Shown one piece after another: positions 38,700-50,498 of a DNA stretch of 64,000 nucleotides. Numbering within the stretch: position 1 is the first letter of the stretch; the number at the start of each line of letters is the position of its first letter. The position numbers were made by a program, and so were the translations under genes. Where the stretch lies: positions 39,494,001 through 39,558,000 of the forward strand of contig NC_045704.1 of the NCBI RefSeq assembly GCF_009834535.1. The letters run 5' to 3'. Origin of the DNA: Camelus ferus (taxonomy: Eukaryota). Under the pieces are notes generated by a model. The model ran no database searches and had not been told where the DNA came from. It saw nothing but the letters and a program-made list of their open reading frames with translations.

Positions 38700-38790
38700 C
38701 CTCTCACTACTGTTAGAATAGTGTCTAGCACATGGTAGCTGTTTAGTAAGTATTTGTCTAAATGAATAAATGGATGAATAAATAAATCAT
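38700..38790 (+). mobile_element. L2 3' end
   Basis: AGTGTCTAGCACATGGTAG...AAGTATTTGTCTAAATGAATAAATGGATGAAT. Confidence 0.75.
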
Positions 38791-39280
38791 GTCAGGCATG
38801 TTTTAGTATCATCACCAGTATCTTACATAACCTTGAGAGGAAGGTATTAAGAGACTTATCAGACCGAACGCCAGCACATCAAAGACATTATATCTAACAT
38901 CTGACCCCGGGTGAACTGGTTAACAAACTCCCTGCATCCTCCTGCCCTACTGTGTCAGGTTGCCCTCAAGTCTTGTTGACATTCATACCTTCTGCACATG
39001 TACTTGGATTAAACTGGGTCTTAGACCGCCAGTATTTTGAGAGTGCCTAAGGATGACCTTGTCTACTCCTGCCACCCGTGTACTTTGCTTTATGAGTATT
39101 AAGGTTCCCTTTTGATTTTGAAGGTGGTGGAAAGGGAGTAAATGAGAAGAGGGGATGTCAAAGGCATTACAGAAGGGACAGCATCATTTTTGTTTTCCTG
39201 TTCACTTTTTTGCCTATTACTGCTAGTTTATTTCTGGTTACTAGGGTTAACGTTTCTGAAATACCTCCTTCTGTTTCTTA

Positions 39281-39445
39281 GAGCAGTAGGTTTCACCTTG
39301 AGGAAGGAAAGGGTGATACATGAAAGTAAAACTGTATGACATTAATTATATATGCACCTATCTGAGAGGAAAATCCATAGCTTTTATCAGATTATCAACG
39401 GTGTCCGTAGCGGAAGAGAATACAACAAAATAGGCTAAGAATCAT
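39281..39445. mobile_element. hAT-Charlie-type MITE relic (subfamily uncertain)
   Basis: CCATAGCTTTTATCAGATTATCAACGGTGTCCGT...GGCTAAGAATCAT. Confidence 0.5.
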
Positions 39446-41489
39446 TCCCTAAAAGAGCGGTCTTTGAAAACAGAAATTATGCCTACCAGAGAGATGGTTA
39501 TACCAACGATGACTGATTGAAAAAAGAGGAAATACGGGAATTTGAGAAATTATATTAAACCCCACACGATAGCTCAATTATTTTAAAACTGTATAATATA
39601 GTTCAAAACAAGCACTATTCGTGTCCACTTAATGATCAGTTCCTAGGTACTTTTGTGTAATTTGCATGGCAATCAAGCTTTTTCTTTTCCTGCCCAAAGT
39701 GTTTCCCCACGTCACATTTCTTTGCATGAATATATCCTTGTTTTAAAAAAGAATTATGTGGCTATTCAGAGCGTATATTTAGAGGTCTGACCTACTGAAA
39801 ATACAACAAGAGGATGCAGATTAGACTGCATATGTCTCTGTCAAGCAGTAAGTGAAGTCCTCAGGCCTCCGGGTAGACATCTGGGGGTGTGCCTTCATAG
39901 ATCCACTACAGAACTTCCGATGCTTTCCTCGGTTTCATTCTTTTTCACTCCCCTTTCCTTTCCTGAAACTAAGCTGAGATAAAATGGTACAAAGCAAGGA
40001 CTCTTGAAGGATGTATTTATAAAGAGTCTGAATTTTCCCTTTTCTTTTGCTGGACTCTGCATATTTCACATGCATTTTGTGTACCTCTGAAATGATCAAT
40101 ATATTTTTAAAAATTACTCCCATCACTTGCTTTGCTTTGAAAACCTCCCTGGTAAGGTAAAAATACACAGTTTGTAACATAATTTAGAAGCCTCAACTTC
40201 CTTTTTAATCTCAACTCCTCTCCATTTTCCACTGTTTATAACTTCACAGGAGTATCTCCTGACGCCCTCTTCGTATCATACAAGCATTACTTCCTGGGCT
40301 GAAAATATATCTATCCTATTGTTTATACTTCTGGGGCAAGATTTTTCCAGCTGGGTTTCATGTACTAGTTTTATAGTTTTCTCTGAAGGAAATTTTTAAG
40401 ATTTTTTGATCAACTATGTTTGGTAAATGGTGAAGACCATACAGCCTTTTCGGGATTTGTATGTATTTATAAATGCGAGGGGATCTTTTGGTTAAACAAA
40501 ACCAACGGAGATAATGTTGTTTACCTCTGTTTAATACAGTGGTTCCCCACCTTACCAGGTAAAACATGCACACACACACGGACACATCACACACCATAGC
40601 GTATATTGACATGCTATCCCCTAAAAGTGTTTCTTGAGCACTTACTTTAAGAAATGCTATCCTCTAAAACCCTCTATGTGTCTTAAAGGCTTGGAGACTT
40701 CTTCAGCCTCCTTTTGAACACATTATGTCTACATAGCTTGGTGGTTCTAGCACTAATTCCCTTTGCTTCTCTGCCCTTTCAGTAATTCATCAGCTCCTCT
40801 TGGTACCAGATCTTACCCAATTTACGTCACTAACTGAAAGCTTAGAACTGAAACCTCCTAATGTCTAGTCTCAGTTTTACTTTTCTCAAAAAGACTTGCT
40901 CATCATCATGGCTTCTACGAACAAATAAAAACAAGCATGCACGTGTACCCACCATGCTTCCATCCTAAGTTCTGACCCACTAGCTTGTAGGTTGAAAACA
41001 AAACAAAGAGGATGCATCAGTCAGTAACAGCTCAAGATTCGTAAACAATCCTTTATGCCATTTTCTCTGTGGATTATCGATCCTATTTAGTTGAGGGGCC
41101 AGCATAAAACGTGTGGATTGGGAATCACACAAGAGGCTGCAAGCATGACTTCAAAACAGATTTAGATTGTGTGAGTTCCTGTAAGTTGATCCCTGTGTAT
41201 TTGAAAGAAATAAGTCTATTAGCCCAGAAATTCACGTGGGGAAGAATGAAGTACAAGCCCTTCCTTCACCTTTGACAGATAGAACCCTTGTAAAGTATCA
41301 GAGGAGGCGTTACTCCAGTACAGGGGAATAGATTGTCCTCTTTCATATTGACCTGTTTAGGGATTATTTACAGTGTTTTGCTCCAAATCAAAATTCATAA
41401 ACATATAACAATCGCAGCAATAAAAACAACAAAACAATACTATTAAAGTATATTTTGCTTTCCAAACTATGAGACCAGTTAAATTATAT

Positions 41490-41660
41490 AGTACTAATCA
41501 TTATAGTTATTTATTGAGCACTTGCTATTGAGCTAGATATTCCTAAAATATGAGAGTTTCACGTAAGTTAAAGCCCCAGGTCACAAAACTCGTAAATGGC
41601 AGGGCTGTGACTCACACTTAGATTCTGCTGGTTTCAAACCCTTCCACTGTATTTTTTCAC
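41490..41660 (-). mobile_element. MIR
   Basis: TATTTATTGAGCACTTGCTA...CCAGGTCACAAAACTCGTAAATGGCAG. Confidence 0.65.
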
Positions 41661-42284
41661 TTACGCTTTTCCCTTCTGTCAAAATTGTACTCTAAAAGTT
41701 ATACTTCTATGAATGACTCTCTTGAAATAAGTGTTTGTTACATATGACTTCTTCAAATACTGTTTTTTGCATTCCACTAATTTCCCATATCCTTACTCTA
41801 CCCAAAGTAAAATGAAAATCACATTTTATATATTTTGTTGAGGCCATCAATTTCATCTGTTCTAAAATCATTCCTGTCTCTCTCTTGTGTATGCATCCTG
41901 AAAGATGCCCCCTGGCAGGAAAGTTAAAATTAAATCCTCCTACATTTATTGTTTCATGAATGTTATAAAATGCTGTAATTTCATTTCATTGTTTCACATG
42001 TATTAGAAAAAGACCAACAGAAACTAAAAATACAGTGGCAAACCCATTCATTGCTCGTGTTTATCAAGGGATAATTATTTTTACTTTTCTTTTTAAGCCT
42101 TATTTCCTTTCACTTTAATTTCCATGGAATGCTTTTGAATAGAATATTTTATTGGTCACAGGAGTTGATTTTTTTTTTTTTTTTTTTTTTTAGAAAAGTG
42201 CTCACTCTTGATCAGAATCTTATTGTCATTACTATTTTTCTGAAAAGTGTGTCATAGAAGCAATGGAATTTCAAAGTCTGCTTC

Positions 42285-42480
42285 TTGGGAAGCATTGTGA
42301 ATTCCTAGAAAGTTCAAGGACTTGGGTACCTTCAAGAACAGACTTTGAAACCCATCTTTCCCACTTTTCATGCCCTTAGGTAAGACCCTTACTCTTTTTC
42401 AACCTCAGCTCCCATATCGATAAAATGTCATTGCGACACCAAACTCCCAGAACAATGATGCTGATTGCACGTTAGGTGTC
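42285..42480 (+). mobile_element. MIR relic
   Basis: CCTTAGGTAAG...CAACCTCAGCTCCCATATCGATAAAATG. Confidence 0.5.
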
Positions 42481-42519
42481 TGCATACATTATTTCATTCA
42501 CGGAAGCGTGCGGCCTCCG

Positions 42520-43132
42520 CAGTCACTTCTCTCCATCTCTACTGCCAGCACCTTAGGTCAGGCTACCATTATCTTTCGCAATTATAGCCTTCTCAGTGCT
42601 CTTCCTGCTTAATTGTGCATGCGTGCGTCTGTGTGTGTTTAGATTTTATTCAAACATAAAACTCCAATTTCATTCTTGCTTATTACACTTATTATTCGCA
42701 GCCATAGACGTCTTCAATTTTTCAAACAAACCAAGGTTTATCTCCCTTCAGGGTCTTTGCACAAGCTTATCCTGTTGGCTAGAAGGCTCTTGATTCCATT
42801 TCTTGTGTGACTACCCTTTCTCATTTTTTTTCAGTTTCAGCTTAAGTGATACCCATTTGAAAAGTACCGTTCTCTAACAACACTGTACAAAGTAGATCTC
42901 TGCTTTTTCTTTGTTCCCTTCTGTCTAGCTGTGTTAATGTTTCCTTCAACGCTGTTTTCAAAGTTTAAATTATGCTATTTATTCATCCTACATTTTTTAT
43001 TACCCCTCTTCCTCATTCAGTTCCATTGGAAAGAACACTTTTTTTGTTCTTTTCACATTGTTTCCCCAGGTCATATTATAATATTCAGCATCTTGTAGAT
43101 GCACAATAAATATTGTTCAATAAATAAATGAT
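42520..43132 (+). mobile_element. L2 3' portion (about 600 bp)
   Basis: CTTCTCTCCATCTCTACTGCCAGCACC...CAGGGTCTTTGCAC...CACAATAAATATTGTTCAATAAATAAATGA. Confidence 0.8.
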
Positions 43133-44049
43133 TTTTCATTTAAAGAGGTTCACTTGTGCACTGTGTGTCTGTGAATAAAACAAGTGTTTCCATGGTAATA
43201 TCTGAAAAACTAATTATTGAAATATTTGTCACTGCTGAATGGAATAAATTAAACCATGATTCTAAAATTTTGTGAACATCCATTACATGCCAAACATTGG
43301 CTAGATACATATCTATAAATAGAGGCTATTACCTGTTTTTTCTGACCTGTGATATTCCCATGATAAGCAGACTTTATACTGCTGCAGTCTTGGTCAGAGA
43401 GAAGGGATTAAGAGAGATAAAGCAAAGTATGCTTTTAACCCAGACGTAATTAAGTTGATGCTAAATAGCACATCTCAACTTCTATAGATAGTGATGAAGC
43501 TTAAATTATACTCCACTAGATTTATTTATAGTGACAGGGAAAGCTCCTTCCTGAAGGAAAAAGAGCTGAAGTGGTCTGTTGCCTAAATAATTCTCAAACA
43601 ATAAGTATTCTGAGACTAAACAGGAGACCTTGACTCACACCTAGAAATGCAATATTTTCAGTACAGTCCTGCATCAATGAACTGCCTAATTCCGTATCAT
43701 ATTGCCCTAATTCCGTATGTATAGTAAGCAAGAGTTAAGCATCTGAAATAAAATCCTGGAGACCCTGTTAAGGAGGTAAGATGTAGAACAGAGTTATGGA
43801 AGGCCCTCTGGCCAACACTGGTCACTGACGTTCTCTATTTCTCTTCTGTGTTTGCTTCTGAGTGTGGTGGTATCATGCGTAGTGAAGGAAGATACTGGTT
43901 TCTCCTGGAAGAGCTGTTACCTGTTCCTCCACCCGTCCAGCCAGATTCCCATTCTCTTCAGACAGAATCTGCTTTATCCCAAGCTGACTCCTTCTCAGCA
44001 TTTGATAGATGTTTCTTATCTCTGATGGAATGTGTCCTAGCTCAAGAAG

Positions 44050-44280
44050 TCTTTTCATTAAGATAGTTCATTTCCCCTCATCTCTTCAGCCTTTCTGCCC
44101 AGAGGATTTGACATATTTTCTTGCAATTCTGTCATCTCTAATTGTATGATATGTTTTCCAGAGAGAAAAGTCTATCAGGGAAGAAGACTGATGTTTAGGG
44201 TGGTGTTTGTCACTGAATCCCTGGTACCTAGCCAAGTCCTGGCACATAGTTTGTGTTCAATAAATATTTACTGAGTGACC
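44050..44280 (+). mobile_element. L2 3' end
   Basis: CACTGAATCCCTGGTACCTAGC...CCTGGCACATAG...TCAATAAATATTTACTGAGTGA. Confidence 0.75.
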
Positions 44281-46616
44281 AAAACCACCATCCTATTAGA
44301 CACATGAACTTTCAGTTATTTATCTTGCTTTCTAATTGTGAAATCCTCAACCCATACACTTAAATTTGCTTTGACCACTAAGGAGGAGTGAGTAGAGAGA
44401 ATCTTTGTACTTATCCTGTTAAACTGAGGGCTAAGTAATCTGTAGATGACTATATCATGCCGTTATTGTACTAAAGGTATCCATCATCTTATAACTTTTA
44501 ACTTAATTTACCTATAACTATTGGGGGAAATGTTTTAAATAAGAGTAACTAGCAATCAGAAAATACCACATTAACATTTAATCTTGAAATGGAGGGAGTA
44601 TTTAACAGGATTCTAATCAAAAGGGATTCACGTTGACTTTTTCTGATAAGGACTATGAACTCTTTCTCTCCATCATGGGTGGTTGTTACTCCCTTAAGGG
44701 AACCAATTCAAGGCAATGGCACCTTTCACTTCAGAATCATAAGAAGGTGGCAGGGACAGACAGGATTTCTCACCGTACTTTCAAAGTGAACCTATGCCAG
44801 TTTCAGCACATATGTATCATGAACGAGAGAGGTCTGTGTTTAGAGAAAAGGACAGTGGCCTCCCTTCTTTCTTTCTCTTTTGACTCTTTGTTTAAATGAG
44901 TCCGATTCAGTGGAAAAGAGTCAAGCACAGTAGAGTTTCCTATGTTCATGTCGATACTGGTTTTCATTTTGTGAGATGACTTAAAAACCTGCTTACAGCA
45001 GCTTGCTCAGTCCAGAAGGTTTTTACGGATTGGGGTTTTTTAAAAATGGCTTTTGCTTGATTATTGCTAAAGATCTCCAGCTGCATCATCTCCCAGGCAG
45101 CTGATCCCCTTTGAGGTTAGCCTTAAATCCGTATCTTCCAAGAAAACCAGATATTTCAGAATCACTTGTACTCCTTTCTCTGAGGCCATTATACAGCAGA
45201 CATTAATTGTTGAAAAATACTGAGATGGCTGTGAATTTAGCGCTAATTCAGTTTTTGACATTTGTTTTTCATGAGAGTGTGATAATGAATATTCTCATTT
45301 CAAAGTGAGTCATCCATTTTTGTGGTATTACAAGACATGATCAAAAGTATATCTGAGCTGAACCTATATAAGTGAACACTATTAAGTGTGGATTACAAAT
45401 ATGAATTTTGGAGACATCAAAAATGAGATACTTGAGCCATTAAAAGTGACCTAGGAATGATGCAATGAATCAAACATGAGTTCTGACTGCCACAAGGAAT
45501 TCAGGAGTTATTTGAACAACTGCCTGTATATCAACCAGTCAGCCATATGTTCAAAAATTATGCTGAACAAAGATCTGATTTCTTCATGTAAATATGGACT
45601 CTAATAAACATGCCTAAACAAATTCATTTGAGGATAAGATTGTGCAGAGGACACACACAACATAAACATTTTTTCACAGAATGAGTCATTTGTTTTGATT
45701 TGCAAAAATCATAAAACAAAGAATCAACTTTCGTTTTTTATTTTGATCTTGCATAGGAAAGGTGATGAAACAACGCATTTTTTCTGAGGATAAAAACTGC
45801 TGAGGAATCATTAAAACCTTGGAAACAGTCAAAATCCACAGGGTAAACCTCCAGATTCCAGGAGGTCCAAAGGCATGCATGTCAATATCATAAGTGAAGC
45901 CAATGTGGAATTTTTGAAATATCAATGCCATTGACTCTCTGAACTTCTGTGATGAGTTTTGCATGAACAATGGAGTTTTATTTAAATTCTAAAGCATTTG
46001 ACAGTTGCTGTACGATCAAAAATGTCTGGCTTATAACTCTGTGACTGGCTATATTACCCCAGCAACAGTCTGGCCCATACAACAGTATCCTTGAAACTGA
46101 CCTGCATATATTTTGATCAGACTCTCACCATTAAACCCATTCACCAACTTAGCAAAATGATATTTTACTGCCAAGTATATATACACTCCATCCTCAAAGA
46201 GTCATAAATAAAAACACTCAAAAGATAAGACCAATAGAGGGCAACTGGACATGGTAGAATGAAGAAATACTGAAACTAATGTTCAAATGTTAGTTTTAAA
46301 AAGATGTAACCTTTAGCATATCACTGCTGAAGGCGAATATTTTGATTATAACAATATGATGTCTAGGTGTTTAGAATTAATTTTATTATTAGAATTTTAG
46401 CTTTTACTTTGTGTGTGCATGCACAGGTATGTGTGTCTTATTTTGGTAGATGGAAACAATGCTAATCTTTCCGATGTATGAGAATAGTCTAGGGGGAGAT
46501 GTCCGCTGTTTTATAGGCGGTAACAACTTCATCTTTTGTAATAATTACATAAAAATATAGCACCACAGTGCTATTCCTTTCTTAGGTGGAAAAATTCTGA
46601 CTTTTGTCAGGTAAAC

Positions 46617-46804
46617 NNNNNNNNNNNNNNNNNNNNNNNNNNNNNNNNNNNNNNNNNNNNNNNNNNNNNNNNNNNNNNNNNNNNNNNNNNNNNNNNNNNN
46701 NNNNNNNNNNNNNNNNNNNNNNNNNNNNNNNNNNNNNNNNNNNNNNNNNNNNNNNNNNNNNNNNNNNNNNNNNNNNNNNNNNNNNNNNNNNNNNNNNNNN
46801 NNNN
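46617..46804. other. Assembly gap (188 N)
   Basis: Run of N. Confidence 1.
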
Positions 46805-46904
46805 TAAATCTATTACATTTGTGGTTTTTTCGAACTTTACATAGACTATTTCCATTTTGACATTCAGAGTATAGCAGGTTTGCTTTTTGTTTTTGTTCTT
46901 TCTT

Positions 46905-47015
46905 AATTCTCTCCTTCCCTCCCTCCCACCCCCACCTCCTTCCCTCCCTCCCACCCGCCCTTCTTCCTTTCCTCAATCCTTCCTTCCTCCCTTCCTCCCT
47001 CTTTCTCTCTGTCTC
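46905..47015. repeat. Pyrimidine-rich (CT) low-complexity tract; G-rich on the CDH8 sense strand
   Basis: About 110 bp, almost all C/T on the plus strand. Confidence 0.95.
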
Positions 47016-47538
47016 ATTGTCCTATTTATGCTGTATAAGACAGATTTTTAAAACAGTTCCACCAATACACATCAGTACACAATTATCGGATGCTCTACTT
47101 CCATGTCTAAAACATGCTATTGGTCTCATGTCTATTTAAATATATCTACATTTTTACAGATTTAAAAACTCACTTCCTACAACAGCTCTTTCTTCCTGGG
47201 GTTCCATTATTACGTGTTACTCCTACATTTGATACGAACAAACAAGCCTTCCCTATGGGCTTCGCCCTCGCCTCCTGTCATTTGAAGGCTAAAAATTTGG
47301 CCCCGTCACTCTAAGACCTCCCCTGCAATCATCCATATCCCGAGATATTTCAAGATAGTGTTTTGGCTCTGGGTTCTGGGCACAGCAAGTTGTTCCATTA
47401 CAGGAGCCAATTTGGTCTTAAGCAGAAAGAGAATTAACATCTCCAAAAGAAAAATACTCCCTCTCTGTTCCCATTTGGATGTGTCTTGCCTATGATTTTG
47501 CAGATTATAAATGATGCAGATGCACACTGTAATGCAGG

Positions 47539-47568
47539 TTAATCAAGTATGAGACAGCTGTATACAAA
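47539..47568 (-). CDS. CDH8: Visible end of intron-9 read-through tail FVYSCLILD* (truncated CDH8 isoform)
   Basis: Minus strand TTT GTA TAC AGC TGT CTC ATA CTT GAT TAA; aligns without gaps to the recalled human tail FVYNCFLVN* with the stop at the same position. Confidence 0.55.
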   Translation of the reverse strand, partial: FVYSCLILD

Positions 47569-47764
47569 NNNNNNNNNNNNNNNNNNNNNNNNNNNNNNNN
47601 NNNNNNNNNNNNNNNNNNNNNNNNNNNNNNNNNNNNNNNNNNNNNNNNNNNNNNNNNNNNNNNNNNNNNNNNNNNNNNNNNNNNNNNNNNNNNNNNNNNN
47701 NNNNNNNNNNNNNNNNNNNNNNNNNNNNNNNNNNNNNNNNNNNNNNNNNNNNNNNNNNNNNNNN
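47569..47764. other. Assembly gap (196 N)
   Basis: Run of N. Confidence 1.
47602..47723 (-). CDS. CDH8: Cadherin-8 exon 9, inferred to lie inside the N gap (not sequenced; coordinates estimated)
   Basis: No exon 9 sequence (NHSQISRVPVAIKVLDVNDNAPEF...GKPGQ) seen elsewhere. The left flank of the gap resembles recalled human intron 9 from about +34; the gap (196) fits 33+122+41; implied intron 9 is about 12.6 kb versus about 13 kb recalled for human. Confidence 0.6.
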
Positions 47765-48461
47765 ATTGTGACGTGCAACTCAACCTTCTCCTTGACAGCA
47801 TTGTGGGTCTGGTTCAACTTCCCTTACTGAGGGTGTTTTCCACATGGTGATTATGGAATCTGACCACTCAGTAAGGAGAAAACAGCCAGTGCTTGGCTGC
47901 TTTTAAAAAGTATAAATTATTATTCCAAACACCATTTGCTGGAGCTTAGCTTGATAAAGACAATCTCTGAATAAATTAAAAGAGGTTTCCTAGATGAAGA
48001 AATTTTATTGATAAAGCACATTGTACGAAAGAGAAAATGCTGTATGCAAAAAAGATTGATCTCTCTGTTTTGGGTGAACACAGCCCATTTTTGCACTATT
48101 ACTTGTTTGACTGATTATATATTAAAGAAGAACATCAAATACCACAAAAAAAGGCCAGAACCAAATCAACTGTTGAGAGTGTATCCTTAACAATGATAAA
48201 AGGGATACTCTTAAAGATAGGGAATCGTATCATTTATGAATTTTATTTTTTATTAAAAATTGACCATGGGATCTTTTTGGATAAGTCCAAGTCATTTTTA
48301 ATATTGTCATTTTCATGAAGATTTTCATCTTCTATTATTATCTGTAAACAGATAACAATCTTTTAATCTTTCCAGGTCAATTCCAGTAGCATAGAACTTA
48401 ATACGTAAGCCTTAATCCTTGAGTCTTTAAATTTAAAAAGTTATATATACATAGTACACAA

Positions 48462-48484
48462 ACACACACACACACACACACACA
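48462..48484. repeat. (AC)n microsatellite
   Basis: Direct read. Confidence 0.95.
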
Positions 48485-49339
48485 GATGCATGCACAAAAA
48501 TCTGGTCCATTAATACACTGCTGACTTGGACCACAGGATGATTGTTCATACAGTACTGTTTGCACCATGTAATAATCTTTTGATCTCTTGTAAATTATAC
48601 AGAGTGCATCAAAAATGGCCAATTATTTATTTGCGTTTCTGTGGCACTGATTATTTACAAGCAAGTCAAGAGGGGAAGAAAACTCTGGCCTTTGAATATG
48701 AAGAAACAGTCTTGTATTTGATATATCAAAATCTTCCTTTTGACAATTGATTAAATTCAGACCTCTGTACCTTCAAATACTCAATTTTTTCATTAACTAT
48801 AAAAGCACTTTAAAGCACATGCCAAATAATCAGAGCCATGTTACAAATTTAGAGTTGGTTAGCCCCACAGGCAATGCTACGAGATTTGAATTTAGTTAAC
48901 TATCATGGCTGTTCTCCAACATTCTAATTTGATTAACTCTGGATGGATGAATACTATCCTTTGGAATTCCAACCACCTCAGTAATGGAACGTAATCTCAC
49001 TTCACCAGAACCACACCAGTGGCCTTAAATGTCTCACCTGATAGATTCTGTATCTTTTTACTGTCTTATGTATAATGAATCAATTCATTCTCATTCAGAG
49101 AAGCAGCAGCTCCCTAGCTTCAATGGAGAGGAAAATCTGAAAAAAGGTATAATACGTAACCCTAAGACAAGAAACTCACATTTTAGCCTTTTTCTACTTG
49201 ACTTGGGTAAATAAAGGAGTTATAAGGTGTCTGAGATAAGGTATGATTATATCCGTGAAGACTGACATTTCTTTTCTAGTCTGGCCCGAGCTGATAGCAG
49301 CTGCTGGAGAGGACAAGGGAATCTAGCGTTCACAGGAAA

Positions 49340-49530
49340 CAGGCACTTAGAGCCCCGTCTTTGCCTCCCACTACCTGTGAGATTCTGAATCTTATTTAAC
49401 CTCATTGTATTCCTGAGGAAAGTGAAGCTCAAGACCTTGACACCTTATTTACAGAACTGTTATAAATACTATGAGAAAAAATTACAGGTGCTCAGATCAT
49501 ATTGGGCACATAGTTAAGGTATCTTAGCTT
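49340..49530 (+). mobile_element. MIR relic
   Basis: CCCACTACCTGTGAG...TATTTAACCTC...GGGCACATAGT. Confidence 0.45.
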
Positions 49531-49554
49531 TTGCCTTTTAAAACTGTAAACGCC

Positions 49555-49780
49555 AGCACTGAGCATCCTGAGTGTGCACTACGTACAGCGCAAGATGTTC
49601 CACAGAATCAAATCTTGTTCAGTCCTCACCACAGAGCTATGAAGGAGGTACTGTAACCCCCCATGCTTGTGGATTACTGATGTGGAGACTGACACTCAGA
49701 GAACTATATTGCCTTTACCAAGATGATGCAATTAAAACTTAACTCCAAGACTCCAAGATGTAGTTTTGGCCTTCCAAGCA
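49555..49780 (-). mobile_element. MIR
   Basis: AGTCCTCACCACAGAGCTATGAAGGAGGTACTG...GATGTGGAGACTGACACTCAGAGA. Confidence 0.7.
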
Positions 49781-50450
49781 GGAGCCATTTTCACAGTACA
49801 ATAGTGATGAATTTTAAAACAAAATGTAGTTTGTTTGTTTAGGTAACTAGTCATTGCCATTCCCTCAAGAATGCTTATAGGCTTATTATAAATATTTATC
49901 TCAAGTTTAACCACTATTTGAAGTTTGACTACAAATATCAACTATCAAGCTGGAGGAATCTAATGGGCTGCACCACCACCAATATTCTCAGAATTGCACT
50001 GACAATCTGCACGCCTCCCTGAGAGAATGAACAATTTAAATCACGTATTATTGCTTGTGCTACTGTTTCACCCAGAGTCCCTTTAACTGGTTAATTTTAT
50101 CTTGCAATTCTCTGTATTTCAACTGTGAGAACTATTGATTGCTTATTTATTTATACAGCACTCTTTCCTTCCATTCCACACCTTAGACCAATTCTTGTCT
50201 ATATAAATGATTAGAGAAAACTTCTATTATGTTTCTGTCTTTAATCTCTCTAACCATTTAATGAATAAACAGCCAAAGATCAACACAGACTTGGATAGTG
50301 AATAATAGGTACACTGTCTTAGAAATCTGCAGGTACAAGAAAAAGCTATAGGGCGATGTTGATCTACTTAGATTCACTGACAGTGGGTGATTGTGCCGGG
50401 TCTACTAAATATGATATTTTTGTCTTTCCTCTTGTGCTGTCTGCACACAG

Positions 50451-50498
50451 GTACACATGTGTGCATATGTGCATATGCGCACGCACACACACACACAC
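50451..50498. repeat. 48-bp perfect alternating purine-pyrimidine tract
   Basis: GTACACATGTGTGCATATGTGCATATGCGCACGCACACACACACACAC. Confidence 0.9.

Noticed and set aside
35667-45246. TTAGCGCTAA palindrome twice in intron 9 (35667, 45237)
   Set aside because: Repeated 10-bp palindromes are plausible by chance; no known factor and no flank similarity.
46545-47830. ORFs spanning the N runs
   Set aside because: Open only because N translates as X; only the FVYSCLILD* end is informative.
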